Assembly: GCA_965205015.1 (NCBI GenBank)
Contig: OZ242029.1
Span: forward strand, 2,560,001 to 2,624,000
DNA: 64,000 bases
Direction: 5' to 3'
From: Candidatus Poribacteria bacterium
GTDB taxonomy: Bacteria > Poribacteria > WGA-4E > WGA-3G
Position numbers and translations under genes: made by a program
In this document: in pieces, positions 26,453 to 36,447 of the stretch
How positions within the stretch are numbered: the stretch's first letter is position 1
Layout: each line of letters starts with the position of its first letter
Notes under the pieces: generated by a model
Database searches by the model: none
What the model saw: the letters and a program-made list of their open reading frames with translations, nothing else
What the model was told of the DNA's origin: nothing

Positions 26453-27064
26453 ATGGCATTTACGGATTTCAAATCCATTGCACAAGTTCAGGAAACTTTT
26501 GACATTAGATATAGCGAAGCGGACTACATCCAATACACCCCTAATATTGAACCCTCCTCGGCGTTTTTGGAAGAGTTTACATTTAGCCGGGAACATATCG
26601 ACGTATTTGCCTCAGAGACCTCCCGGTGTGAGAATGTGATCTACCCGATTCTCAGAGATGTTTACAAAAGGTATGTAGACTGTTTTTCATTGTGGAGCCA
26701 TAAATCTATCGCTTACGACGCGCAACTGAGTGGTGCGCCTGATTACCTTATCTCAACAAGATCGGCATTAGGAAAAACCGTGCTTGGGACTCCGATCATT
26801 GTTGTCGTGGAAGCAAAACGGAACGATTTTATCGAAGGATGGGGGCAGTGTCTGGCGGAATTGGTTGCAATTCAAAAAATTAAAGATGATGACATCAGCC
26901 CTGTTTATGGCATTGTAACCGATGGTGAGTTGTGGCAATTCGGGAGGTTAACGAAGGATTTGTTTACACGGCACAAGACAGCACTTTCCATCGGCGAGTT
27001 AGAACGAGTGTTTGGCGCGATAGCGTATTTAATGCAGACCCATTTACCGGAGGCGACGGCATAA
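26453..27064 (+). CDS. PD-(D/E)xK fold protein (HsdR N-terminal-like)
   Basis: GAPDY...VVEAK...GQCLAEL...YGIVTDGELWQF. Confidence 0.65.
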   Translation: MAFTDFKSIAQVQETFDIRYSEADYIQYTPNIEPSSAFLEEFTFSREHIDVFASETSRCENVIYPILRDVYKRYVDCFSLWSHKSIAYDAQLSGAPDYLISTRSALGKTVLGTPIIVVVEAKRNDFIEGWGQCLAELVAIQKIKDDDISPVYGIVTDGELWQFGRLTKDLFTRHKTALSIGELERVFGAIAYLMQTHLPEATA

Positions 27065-27104
27065 TTCTGTCCTATCTTAAAATACAATACCTTGGAGATT
27101 ACTT

Positions 27105-28343
27105 TTGAACATTGATACATTAAAAGGAAAAACGGTTGGAGCTGCCGTCTCAGGTGGTTTAGATAGTTGCACCATCACGAAGTGGTTGGTCGATAACGGG
27201 GTCAAGGTCGTCTGTTTTACGGCGGACCTCGGACAACCTGACGAACGGGACGTTTCTGAAATCCGGGAACGGATGTTGGCATGCGGTGCTGAAGACGCCA
27301 TTATTGTCGACGCGAAAGACGCACTTGCGGAAGCGGGTATCCGCCTCGTCCAGTGTCAAGCCATGTATGAAGGCGGGTATTGGAATACAACTGGCATCGC
27401 GCGACATGTCACCGTGAAAGCACTCCTGCCGGAGATGGAAAGACGCGGTATCACCATCTTAACACACGGTGCCACGGGTCGAGGCAACGATCAGGTGCGG
27501 TTTCAACTCGCCACCAATATGCTCAATCCACATTTTTCTGTCTACGCACCGTGGCGGGATCCGAGCTTCCTCAAAATCTTCGGTGGCAGGAAAGAGATGA
27601 TAGACTTCTGCCAAGCACATCACCTACCGATTACTGCGACACACGAGAAACCGTATTCAACCGACGCGAACCTGTTGGGACTCACACATGAAGCCGGACG
27701 GCTCGAATCGTTGAAAACCCCGGCAGGATTTATCAGCCCCGGTATGGGCGTGCATCCGAAAGACGCCCCTGATGACGTGGAGCACTTTACGGTTACCTTT
27801 GCACGTGGGACACCTGTTGAGGTTAACGGGAGCCCTGTTACACCGCTCCAGGGTCTGTTAGAGGCGAATCGTATCGGTGGACGAAATGGGATTGGGATCG
27901 GTATTCACACCGTTGAAAACCGGTTCGTCGGGATTAAGAGTCGTGGTGTTTATGAATCTCCGGGGATGGAATTGCTTGGGAAGTGTTACGAGTTTCTGCT
28001 CCAGTTGATTTTAGATAGACGCGCACGCCGACACTTTGAGGGGGTAGCCACCACGATTGCGGAGCAGATATATCAAGGGTACTGGTTCGATGCTGCGACG
28101 CAAGCATTACTCTCTTCTATTGAACCGCTCACGAACTTAGCGAGTGGAACGATCACAGTGGCACTCTACAAGGGGAATGTCGCCTTCTATACTGCTGGTG
28201 GTGTCCCACACTCGCTCTACTCCGAAGAGACCGCCTCTATGGAGGCGATTGGTGACTTCGATCACGCGGATTCAGAAGGGTTTTTAGCAGTGCTTGGGGT
28301 TGGTGCACGTGCCTCAGCTGTTGCTGGGCAGACAGAGGCATAG
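27105..28343 (+). CDS. argG: Argininosuccinate synthase
   Basis: SGGLDS, HGATGRGNDQVRF, YSTDANLLGLTHE, ENRFVGIKSRGVYE. Confidence 0.95.
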   Translation: MNIDTLKGKTVGAAVSGGLDSCTITKWLVDNGVKVVCFTADLGQPDERDVSEIRERMLACGAEDAIIVDAKDALAEAGIRLVQCQAMYEGGYWNTTGIARHVTVKALLPEMERRGITILTHGATGRGNDQVRFQLATNMLNPHFSVYAPWRDPSFLKIFGGRKEMIDFCQAHHLPITATHEKPYSTDANLLGLTHEAGRLESLKTPAGFISPGMGVHPKDAPDDVEHFTVTFARGTPVEVNGSPVTPLQGLLEANRIGGRNGIGIGIHTVENRFVGIKSRGVYESPGMELLGKCYEFLLQLILDRRARRHFEGVATTIAEQIYQGYWFDAATQALLSSIEPLTNLASGTITVALYKGNVAFYTAGGVPHSLYSEETASMEAIGDFDHADSEGFLAVLGVGARASAVAGQTEA

Positions 28344-28346
28344 AGG

Positions 28347-29342
28347 TTAAGGCACTTCAATCTTCGCGAACACTTGCGCAATGATGCTTTCGACCTCGCG
28401 TCCGTCCGCCTCTGCTTCGTAACTGATGATGACTCTGTGTCTCAGGACATCCATGCCGACTGCGTGAATGTCTTCAGGCGTAACGTAACCGCGTTGCGAG
28501 AGGAACGCCCGCGCCCGCGCAGCAAACGCCAGAAAGATGGTCGCACGCGGTGAGGCACCGTATTCAATGAGAGTGCTGAGTTCCTCCAACTGATACGCTT
28601 CCGGCGTGCGCGTCGCACACACCAAATCGACGATATAATTCTCCAACTGCTCTGCCATATAGATATTTCGGACCACCCCTCGGAATCGGATAATATCTTC
28701 CGGGGAAATCACCGGTTGAATCGCGGAGAGCTCTTCGGTTGTCATTCGTCGGAGAATTTGCAATTCCTCTGCATGCGAAGGGTAGTCAACCTTAATCTTG
28801 AGCATAAATCTATCGACTTGCGCTTCGGGGAGCGGATAGGTGCCTTCATGCTCAATCGGGTTTTGCGTCGCCAGGACGAGAAACGGGTCGTCAAGCGGAT
28901 AAGTCGTCCCACCGATCGTCACCTGACGCTCCTGCATCGCTTCAAGTAAGGCGCTTTGCACTTTGGCGGGTGCGCGATTGATTTCATCCGCGAGGATAAT
29001 GTTGGCGAAAATCGGTCCTTTTTTCGTGTAAAAATCACCCTTCTGTTGATCGTAGATGAGCGTACCGACGAGGTCGGCGGGAAGTAGATCGGGTGTAAAC
29101 TGAAGGCGATTGAAAGAAGCGTCTATCGTCTGAGCGAGTGCACTCACAGCCGTCGTCTTGGCGAGTCCGGGTACCCCTTCAAGGAGGATATGCCCGTTGC
29201 AGAGTAAACCTATCACCAAACCCTCTAACAGGGCGCTTTGCCCGACTATGACTTTCCCTGTCTCTGTGAGAATCTGCTGTATAAGCCCACTATCTGCTTG
29301 GATGCGAGCATTCATCGTTTCTAAATCGTAATTTTTTTCCAT
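28347..29342 (-). CDS. moxR: MoxR-family AAA+ ATPase
   Basis: EGVPGLAKT, QFTPDLLPAD, DEINRAPAKVQSALLE, ATQNPIE. Confidence 0.93.
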   Translation of the reverse strand: MEKNYDLETMNARIQADSGLIQQILTETGKVIVGQSALLEGLVIGLLCNGHILLEGVPGLAKTTAVSALAQTIDASFNRLQFTPDLLPADLVGTLIYDQQKGDFYTKKGPIFANIILADEINRAPAKVQSALLEAMQERQVTIGGTTYPLDDPFLVLATQNPIEHEGTYPLPEAQVDRFMLKIKVDYPSHAEELQILRRMTTEELSAIQPVISPEDIIRFRGVVRNIYMAEQLENYIVDLVCATRTPEAYQLEELSTLIEYGASPRATIFLAFAARARAFLSQRGYVTPEDIHAVGMDVLRHRVIISYEAEADGREVESIIAQVFAKIEVP

Positions 29343-29384
29343 ACGTCTGAATCAGGATTATAGGATTACCAGGATAAGGGTGTC

Positions 29385-29406
29385 GCGATTCGGAGATCGC
29401 TCCTAC
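29385..29406. repeat. REP-like palindrome ending in CTAC
   Basis: GCGAT-tcggag-ATCGC-tc-CTAC; related to GGGAA-tcggag-TTCCC-tc-CTAC at 54013-54034. Confidence 0.55.
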
Positions 29407-29421
29407 CGTGAAGACAGGGTG

Positions 29422-30780
29422 CTACACGAAAAATGGACCTGTTTCGCCCTCTTGGAAGGACTGCTCAAGCCACGGATCCTCGGTTTTCTGACGGAATTCG
29501 ATAACCTTTTGGCGCATTTCGTTGGCTATGTCTTGTAACGCCGGCACATCAATGAGGTTTTGCGATTCCGCTGGATCGTTCTGCATATCAAATAACGCCT
29601 CACGGCTCTGCTGTAGAAAATCGGTTCGCTGTCGATCACCGAGGTGCTGAACGTTGTCGTTCCGCACGGCTGTCCATGAGATTGAACGGAACAGATCGCT
29701 GGGGAGTGGTGTCTCCAATTGGTATGCCAGATTGCGAACGTACTTATACCGTCTGCCCCGTAACACGCGATATGGATAGTAGTTTGTCACCTCGTGGAAA
29801 CAGTGGGAAAAATACGTCTCCTCCCAGTTCCCGTTGCCGGGCTGTGGACTATCGTCCTCCAAGACGGTGAGCAGCGATCTACCCGGAAGTGCCTCTGCTC
29901 CGTCGGGATGTTTAACATCGCACCACGCTAACATTGTTGGGCAAAAGTCTACCCAGTTGACGAGTGCCTGATTGTGGAAACCGCGTTTCTGTTGCGTCGG
30001 GCTGGCGATAAGGAGTGGGCAGTGGTGTCCGCTATCAAAACTGGATGCCTTCGCCCCCGGAAACGGCATTGCGTGGTCGGTCGTAACAAAGACGAGGGTT
30101 TCATCTGCGCGTCCAGAAGCGTCAAGTGCTTCCAAAACCGCACCGACTACAGCGTCCCACCGTGAAACACTTTCGTAATAATCAGCGAGGTCTTCACGGA
30201 CAGCCGGCACGTCCGGTAAAAAATTCGGTACAATGACTTCGTCAGGTGCGTAAGGAGAGGGTTCAATACCAGGGTGCGTTCGATCATTTCCGAAGCCTTT
30301 ACCCGCTCTATGCGGATAACTGCTACCGATGTGGAGATAGAAGGGTGTCTCTGCATTCTCATCGAGAAATTGGGTAACCTTCGCCGCCATGTCCACAGGA
30401 CTCCGGGGATCGACTTTCGGTTCAAAATCGAAAGGGTAAACGCTTTCGGGTTCAACGTGTTTCTTTCCGAGGCACGCCGTAGCAAATCCGTGTGCTTTCA
30501 GAATTTTCGGCACCGATTGCATATATTCATGTGTGCGGAATCCGTGAATACCGTGGCAGTGTCCGTATTGTCCGTGCGTGTGGCTGTGTTGTCCCGTGAG
30601 AATACAGGCGCGACTCACGGCGCATGAGGGACTTGTACAGAATGCGTAGTCAAACACAACGCCGCGTTCGGCAAACGCATCGATATGCGGGGTTCGGATG
30701 ACCTCATTTCCGTAGCATTTCGCGATACGGCTCCAGTCATCAGCAATGACGAACATAACGCTTTTATGGGAATTGTTCAT
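29422..30780 (-). CDS. Sulfatase (sulfamidase-like)
   Basis: IADD, SCAVSR..ILTG, GKKHV, PHR, TDHA motifs. Confidence 0.88.
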   Translation of the reverse strand: MNNSHKSVMFVIADDWSRIAKCYGNEVIRTPHIDAFAERGVVFDYAFCTSPSCAVSRACILTGQHSHTHGQYGHCHGIHGFRTHEYMQSVPKILKAHGFATACLGKKHVEPESVYPFDFEPKVDPRSPVDMAAKVTQFLDENAETPFYLHIGSSYPHRAGKGFGNDRTHPGIEPSPYAPDEVIVPNFLPDVPAVREDLADYYESVSRWDAVVGAVLEALDASGRADETLVFVTTDHAMPFPGAKASSFDSGHHCPLLIASPTQQKRGFHNQALVNWVDFCPTMLAWCDVKHPDGAEALPGRSLLTVLEDDSPQPGNGNWEETYFSHCFHEVTNYYPYRVLRGRRYKYVRNLAYQLETPLPSDLFRSISWTAVRNDNVQHLGDRQRTDFLQQSREALFDMQNDPAESQNLIDVPALQDIANEMRQKVIEFRQKTEDPWLEQSFQEGETGPFFV

Positions 30781-30828
30781 AGTTTTCCTTATGTGCGGAA
30801 GTGTAACAAAAAAATCGCCTCAACGCAA

Positions 30829-31395
30829 CTACTCGAAAAGTTGCGAGACAGGACATGTAAATCCCGGCACAACATCCTCACCTGTGAGTGTATCTTCGCG
30901 CGTGAACAGCCCGATGTCGCTTTCAGAACGATAAACCGTCACCGTTTTAGAGCGGGGATCCAGAACCCAAACGAGGCGTGTGCCTGCATTCAGATAAGCA
31001 AATGCTTTGTCTACAACACGCCACTGAACGTCTGATGGCGAAACAACCTCAATCGCCAGATCGGGCGGTATCGGAAACCCTGTGTTTTCGTCTCCATCCA
31101 ACCGCGGCGTTGAAACGAACGCCACGTCTGGTTTCAGTCCACGTTCACCGACCTGAAACGTTGCCTTTACGTGTACCTCCCCTAACTGATTCTCATCCAC
31201 ATACCGATCCAAATGCCGGATAACATTAACACTAATCTTACTATGTATCCTTGTTGGTGGGGACCTCGGCACTAACTCTCCTTTAACGTATTCATATCCG
31301 TCTATATCGTTCTCAAGAAATTCCGCCAACGTCATGGAGACCTGTTCAGGTGCGAGAGTCCCTTCCGCGATTTCGTGGAGTTCTTGTTGTGTCAT
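30829..31395 (-). CDS. Uma2 family endonuclease
   Basis: YEYVKGEL, KPDVAFV, PDLAIEVVSPS, LVWVLDP. Confidence 0.9.
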   Translation of the reverse strand: MTQQELHEIAEGTLAPEQVSMTLAEFLENDIDGYEYVKGELVPRSPPTRIHSKISVNVIRHLDRYVDENQLGEVHVKATFQVGERGLKPDVAFVSTPRLDGDENTGFPIPPDLAIEVVSPSDVQWRVVDKAFAYLNAGTRLVWVLDPRSKTVTVYRSESDIGLFTREDTLTGEDVVPGFTCPVSQLFE

Positions 31396-31455
31396 ACCTT
31401 TAAAACCTCGTTTGATGTTTTATAGCGAATTTTCCATAAAAATTATCGCTTTCTG

Positions 31456-33873
31456 CTAAATCAATCCACCCCGTTTCCGCAAAAACCACTCGAACCCAAG
31501 CAACGCGATAACCAATCCGAAAATTAAGGGCATATCCCAAATGTCAACATCCGTAATCTTTGACGTTGCACTTTCGACGAGCGGAATCTGATTTACAAGC
31601 TGCGGTGCCTCTTCCAGGGTGTAGTACTTTCCGCCGCTCCCTTCAGCAAGCGTCTTGAGAAGTGAGACATTAAGTTCAGCATTACTAAATTCGGCGTAAG
31701 ATGTTTTTACCTCAAAAAGGGTTTGCTGTTCGCCTAAATTTTCGCCATTAAGGGTCCCGGTTGCGGTAACCGTGTATTCGCCGTAACGGTTGGGAATAAA
31801 ACGCCCCGTATAAAGTCCATCCTTACCGAGGACCTGTTCAAGTTTTAACGCCCTGCGTTTCCCCGACGCATCAAGAATCACGGCTCGGATTTTCGCGTTG
31901 TTGGTCAACTGAAACTCTGGATCCGTAGCGGTAACCTCAATGACGACAGGTTCTTTCAAGGCGTAAGCCGTTTTTGCGACATCGAGTTTAATATGTTCCT
32001 TCGGTGCGGTCGTCAGCCACTTCGCAACCTGTCGCCAGAACCGTTCTGGACTATCCTCTTGATGCCAGAAGCGTTGATCTCCCTCTTCGTGGGAAGGTAG
32101 CATCTGCCAACGCCAAGAGGTATGCGGTGTGAATACCATGACGCGCCCAGCATTGTAATTGTGCGTTGCGATAAGAATTCGCTTGCCGAATTCATTTCGA
32201 TCGGTTGGGTGTTCCGCCAAAACAAGTGCGCCTGCTTTGGCACGTTTTACCTTACTGTACCCCTTCAATGTCGGCAAGATCCGCCAGCGTTCCAAATTCT
32301 CGGCAGGCAGATCCGCCAAAGCCATCAAAGTTTCGACTTTCCCCTCCGGTGTGAGTTGCAATTTATAGTCCTTGTCTCCAGTAGACTGCGAACTCCTGAC
32401 TGACCTACCGGTTCGCCTCGGTGCTAATGGAGGTGGCGGGGATCCAAGCTCCAATTCTACGGGGAGACATTGCGCAATCGGCGTGTTGATATAGGACCCA
32501 GAAAGTTCGTGGTTCCCTAAAGAGCTGGAACCCCCTAACATAAGCAGTCCACCGCCTCGAGTGCGTACGAACTCAACTGTATTCTCCAGTTGCGCAGGTG
32601 TAAATTGGGATGCATCCACGTTGCCTAAAATGATGGCATCAAAGTCAAAAAGCATCTCCTTATCGTCCGGATAAAATTGAAAATCGTGTGATGCCTCGGC
32701 GCGAGTGCCGCCGTATGTTGGACGTCCCTCAGTGAAACCTTTCAAAAACCGATCGGTTAATTGGATGTTCGGATCGTTTTTCAAGGCACGCTTTATAAAA
32801 CCGAGTTCATAACGCGGTCTACCATCAACAAACAGGATTTTTACACGTTTGGTCGGGGCTACCTTGAGTAAGAACGTTTTTGTGTTGTTTTGTGGAACGG
32901 CTTCCGTTTCTTCTAACGCTGCGTGCACTTCAAATTTTTGTGTGCCGGCTTCACGGGGGGTAAATTTAAGCAGGATGCGTTTTGTCTTGGGGACGGAAGC
33001 TGCATCTGTCCCGCTCAGCTGCGACATCCAAGAGACCCCTTCGTCCATATCAACGGACTCCGTTTTCAGGACTCGTCCATTGTGTGTTAGCTGGACGTTC
33101 ACCTTTTCCCCTTTGAATCCCTTGCGTTGCAGCGTTACCCATACCTCAACAGGAAAATCCTCTTCTGCGGTTCGGGGCACATCGACCTTGATAAGTTCCA
33201 AGTCCGGATTTCCCTCTTCAGCCCCGATGCCAACCGTATGGATAGGCAGTTTCCGTTCACGGATTTGCATTGCGAACTTTGCGACATCAAGACCACTTCT
33301 GTCTACACCGTCAGTTAGCAGGACAGCCCCGGAGAGTGGAATTCCCTGCAAGTCATCAAGTGCTTCGTTTAACGCTTGTGGAATATCCGTACTTTCCCCT
33401 TCAGCACTGGTCAACGCCTCGCTTGGAACCCGTTTTGCCGTCGTGTCAAACGCAAAGAGTCTAACTTTGAATTTAGCGTCCAGTTTTTCAAGGAGTCCTT
33501 CTTTTTCTGGAAAGAGGAGGTTATTGGCGCGGTCCAACCGTGTCGTTGAATCCTCGGCATCGGTAATCTGCATGCTTTTGGACCTATCGATCATCACCAA
33601 CAGATAGGAATCATCGGGGTTTGTTTGATAAATTGTCAGAAAGGGTTTAAGGAGGCAGAAGGCAAGCAGACAGAGTACAATCGTACGGAGGAAGATGAGA
33701 AAGCCCCGGAAGACGCGTTGCGTGCGTCCTTGCGTGCTCCGATATGCCCATATTGTAGCAGCAAACAGTGCGACGAGTAGAACGGCTATAAGAAGCCCTG
33801 GCAATGGCACCCCAAACGAGAAATTCCCCTCTCGGAAAACGTCAATGGGGTACTTCATCATTTTTTCAAACAT
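31456..33873 (-). CDS. Membrane-anchored VWA / glutamine-amidotransferase-like domain protein
   Basis: DRSKS MIDAS motif, LLTDG, GGGLLMLGG, C-terminal EWFLRKRGGL. Confidence 0.75.
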   Translation of the reverse strand: MFEKMMKYPIDVFREGNFSFGVPLPGLLIAVLLVALFAATIWAYRSTQGRTQRVFRGFLIFLRTIVLCLLAFCLLKPFLTIYQTNPDDSYLLVMIDRSKSMQITDAEDSTTRLDRANNLLFPEKEGLLEKLDAKFKVRLFAFDTTAKRVPSEALTSAEGESTDIPQALNEALDDLQGIPLSGAVLLTDGVDRSGLDVAKFAMQIRERKLPIHTVGIGAEEGNPDLELIKVDVPRTAEEDFPVEVWVTLQRKGFKGEKVNVQLTHNGRVLKTESVDMDEGVSWMSQLSGTDAASVPKTKRILLKFTPREAGTQKFEVHAALEETEAVPQNNTKTFLLKVAPTKRVKILFVDGRPRYELGFIKRALKNDPNIQLTDRFLKGFTEGRPTYGGTRAEASHDFQFYPDDKEMLFDFDAIILGNVDASQFTPAQLENTVEFVRTRGGGLLMLGGSSSLGNHELSGSYINTPIAQCLPVELELGSPPPPLAPRRTGRSVRSSQSTGDKDYKLQLTPEGKVETLMALADLPAENLERWRILPTLKGYSKVKRAKAGALVLAEHPTDRNEFGKRILIATHNYNAGRVMVFTPHTSWRWQMLPSHEEGDQRFWHQEDSPERFWRQVAKWLTTAPKEHIKLDVAKTAYALKEPVVIEVTATDPEFQLTNNAKIRAVILDASGKRRALKLEQVLGKDGLYTGRFIPNRYGEYTVTATGTLNGENLGEQQTLFEVKTSYAEFSNAELNVSLLKTLAEGSGGKYYTLEEAPQLVNQIPLVESATSKITDVDIWDMPLIFGLVIALLGFEWFLRKRGGLI

Positions 33874-33882
33874 ATTTTTAAC

Positions 33883-34296
33883 TCAGAGTTGGTCTTCAAT
33901 CCACTCATTATCGTGGTCGGGATTATAGGTGAGCCCTTTTCTAATATCAAGACAGAGATCAAGCATCTCTAAAACCATGTGCCCGACGAGAACAGGCACA
34001 TTTTCTGGTAATTCTGTTATCTCCAGCGTCCCTGACCGCTCCAAAACCGTAAAGCGAACCTCTGAATAGATGAAGCGATCGACAATGCCGTTTGTCGTCC
34101 GTGCCCTTGTTCTCCCGATGGGTGTTAAACCGAGTTGTTCAATCACCGGTTTCGGCAGCGATAAACGTGTTGCCCCGGTATCAACGATTGCGTCGTCAAC
34201 GATGATACACCGAACGTCTTCAGACTTCATAACGCCTGCTTCTGCCAAAAGCATATCTTTTCGATTCACGAGTTCAATTGTCGTTGTATGTCGCAT
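33883..34296 (-). CDS. Clan AA aspartyl protease-like protein
   Basis: AIVDTGAT and VLVG motifs. Confidence 0.8.
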   Translation of the reverse strand: MRHTTTIELVNRKDMLLAEAGVMKSEDVRCIIVDDAIVDTGATRLSLPKPVIEQLGLTPIGRTRARTTNGIVDRFIYSEVRFTVLERSGTLEITELPENVPVLVGHMVLEMLDLCLDIRKGLTYNPDHDNEWIEDQL

Positions 34297-34327
34297 TTTG
34301 TGCCTCTAATAGATAGTTCGAAAAATG

Positions 34328-35329
34328 TTAGTCCACTTTGCGACTTTGACCCGTGTGTGCGGATTCGTGTAATGCGTCAATGACACGCATATTTCCGAGC
34401 GCATCCGATATCGGTAAGTGCGTTGGACCACCAGTCTCCACGGCTCGACAGAGGTCCAAAATCTCAGCGGCGTAAGGATTCACACCGTTAGCAACACGAA
34501 TAGTTTCGCCGTTTACAATAAAATGGGATTCACCTTCCGAATTGCCCCAGGCGCTCTGAACAAAGAGCGTGCCCTCCGTCCCAGCGACCTCATAAGATTC
34601 GCGCCACGTCCATCCAAAACTACAATCCAATTGCGCGGTAATCCCATCACCAAAGTCCAAAGTTCCAATCAGCGTTTCCCAGACGTTGTTAATCGGTTCA
34701 AACTTGCCCGTTGCCCAGACGGACTGTGGTTCTCGCCCAACGAGATAACGGATGATATTGATGCAATAACAGCCTAAATCCATGACGGCACCCCCGCCGA
34801 GATCGCCTCTTAATCGCCAATTCTGCCGGTCTGTGAGTCCCGTTGAAAAGGTAGAACGGGCATAGCGGACCTCTCCGATCGCGCCCGCTTCTATTTTCTG
34901 TTTCACGGCAAGCGTCAACGGATGATGTCGGTACATGAAGGCTTCCATTAATCGGATGTCAGCACGCTCTGTAACCTGGATCATTTGCTCTAATTGCGTC
35001 GTGTTAACCGCGATCGGTTTCTCAACGAGAATACCTGTGACGCCGCACCGCACTGCCTCCAAGACATTTTTGAGGTGGTTTGAGGGCCATGTTGCAATCA
35101 CTAAGACCTCGGGTTGCTGTTTCTCCAGCATCTGTCGGAGGTCGTTGTAGGTGTTCTGAACGTTATATTCTGTAGCAAAACGCTTGAGGGGTTCAAATTT
35201 CTCGTCACAGGCACCTACAATTTCAATTTCTGGTAGATTCCGCCACGCGTTGCCGTGTTGCTGAGAAATACCACCACACCCGACGATGGCGACACGATAT
35301 TTTGGGGACGTTTGTGAGTCACGAGACAT
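34328..35329 (-). CDS. Gfo/Idh/MocA oxidoreductase
   Basis: GCGGIS, EKPIA, GGGAVMDLGCY. Confidence 0.9.
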   Translation of the reverse strand: MSRDSQTSPKYRVAIVGCGGISQQHGNAWRNLPEIEIVGACDEKFEPLKRFATEYNVQNTYNDLRQMLEKQQPEVLVIATWPSNHLKNVLEAVRCGVTGILVEKPIAVNTTQLEQMIQVTERADIRLMEAFMYRHHPLTLAVKQKIEAGAIGEVRYARSTFSTGLTDRQNWRLRGDLGGGAVMDLGCYCINIIRYLVGREPQSVWATGKFEPINNVWETLIGTLDFGDGITAQLDCSFGWTWRESYEVAGTEGTLFVQSAWGNSEGESHFIVNGETIRVANGVNPYAAEILDLCRAVETGGPTHLPISDALGNMRVIDALHESAHTGQSRKVD

Positions 35330-35416
35330 AACTGACTCCTTTTACGGAACAAGTCTGAACTATGATTTAACGGATTGAAGGCTTACCCTGATGAGTGGTA
35401 AATCACTGATGAGAAA

Positions 35417-36400
35417 TCAGGGCGTGGTCAAAATTTCTGAAATGGTGATGGGTCTGTTTTCTTGGGCAGATTGGTTGGCTGCCAGCGATATTGCGAGGGT
35501 TTTGACTGCATCGCTATAAGGACTTAAGATTGAAGACGCATCACCGCGTCGCACGGCGTCCACGAAGACCTCATCAATTGTTGGGCTCGGTTCTGTTTTA
35601 TCCACCCATTCGCCATTTTCTTGGACCAAGACCCTTGATGGATTCCAATTCAACAACTCGTCTTCATACAATAAATCCAGGACATTTGCGTTTGACCAGT
35701 CCCCTGCGTAAGCCCAGGTAGCCGTCAACGAACCGACGGCGCCACTCTCAAATTGGAGAGCGACACTATTGGCATCGGGACAATCCGTCTCTTTGAGAAA
35801 CCGGTTCGCCTGCATGGCATAGACGGTTTCCACTTCTCCGCCCATGTAACGCATCATGTCGATCGTATGTGTGGCTTGTTCGACGAGTTGACCCCCGGAT
35901 TTACCTATCTGCCGGAGCCATGCGTTTGGATCACCGTGCCCAGTGCTGCACCAGTACTTGCCGACGACCATATTAATTGTTCTTCCCTGCAGGATCTGCT
36001 GCGTTATTTTTGTCGAACCGAGGTAACGGAGCTGATAGCCTACACACGTTATGAGTCCAGCGTTCGCCACTGCGGCTTCAACCTCACGGGCAATCTCCAT
36101 ATTGATAGCAACAGGCTTTTCAACAAAAAAGGGTAAGCCTCGTTCAATAACGTCAAGTTCTGGCTGTCCATGCGCAAAAACTGGGAGGCTCAGATAGACG
36201 GCATCCAAGTCATCCCGTTCGAGGAGGGCTTGATGTGCGGTGTAGGGATCAGCATTGTGGTTCTCGGCGGCGCTTTGGGCGCGTTCGGCTTGAACGTCGC
36301 ACACGGCTACAACCCTTGCGCCTTCGATGCTGGTTAATTGGTTCATGTGCCCATTCGCATTGCCGCCGCATCCGATAAATCCGATTTTAATTTCTGTCAT
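35417..36400 (-). CDS. Gfo/Idh/MocA oxidoreductase
   Basis: GCGGNA, EKPVA, SGGQLVEQATHTID. Confidence 0.9.
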   Translation of the reverse strand: MTEIKIGFIGCGGNANGHMNQLTSIEGARVVAVCDVQAERAQSAAENHNADPYTAHQALLERDDLDAVYLSLPVFAHGQPELDVIERGLPFFVEKPVAINMEIAREVEAAVANAGLITCVGYQLRYLGSTKITQQILQGRTINMVVGKYWCSTGHGDPNAWLRQIGKSGGQLVEQATHTIDMMRYMGGEVETVYAMQANRFLKETDCPDANSVALQFESGAVGSLTATWAYAGDWSNANVLDLLYEDELLNWNPSRVLVQENGEWVDKTEPSPTIDEVFVDAVRRGDASSILSPYSDAVKTLAISLAANQSAQENRPITISEILTTP

Positions 36401-36447
36401 TCTTTACCTCTATAAACACCTAAGAATTATTGCCAACTTTACTTTTG

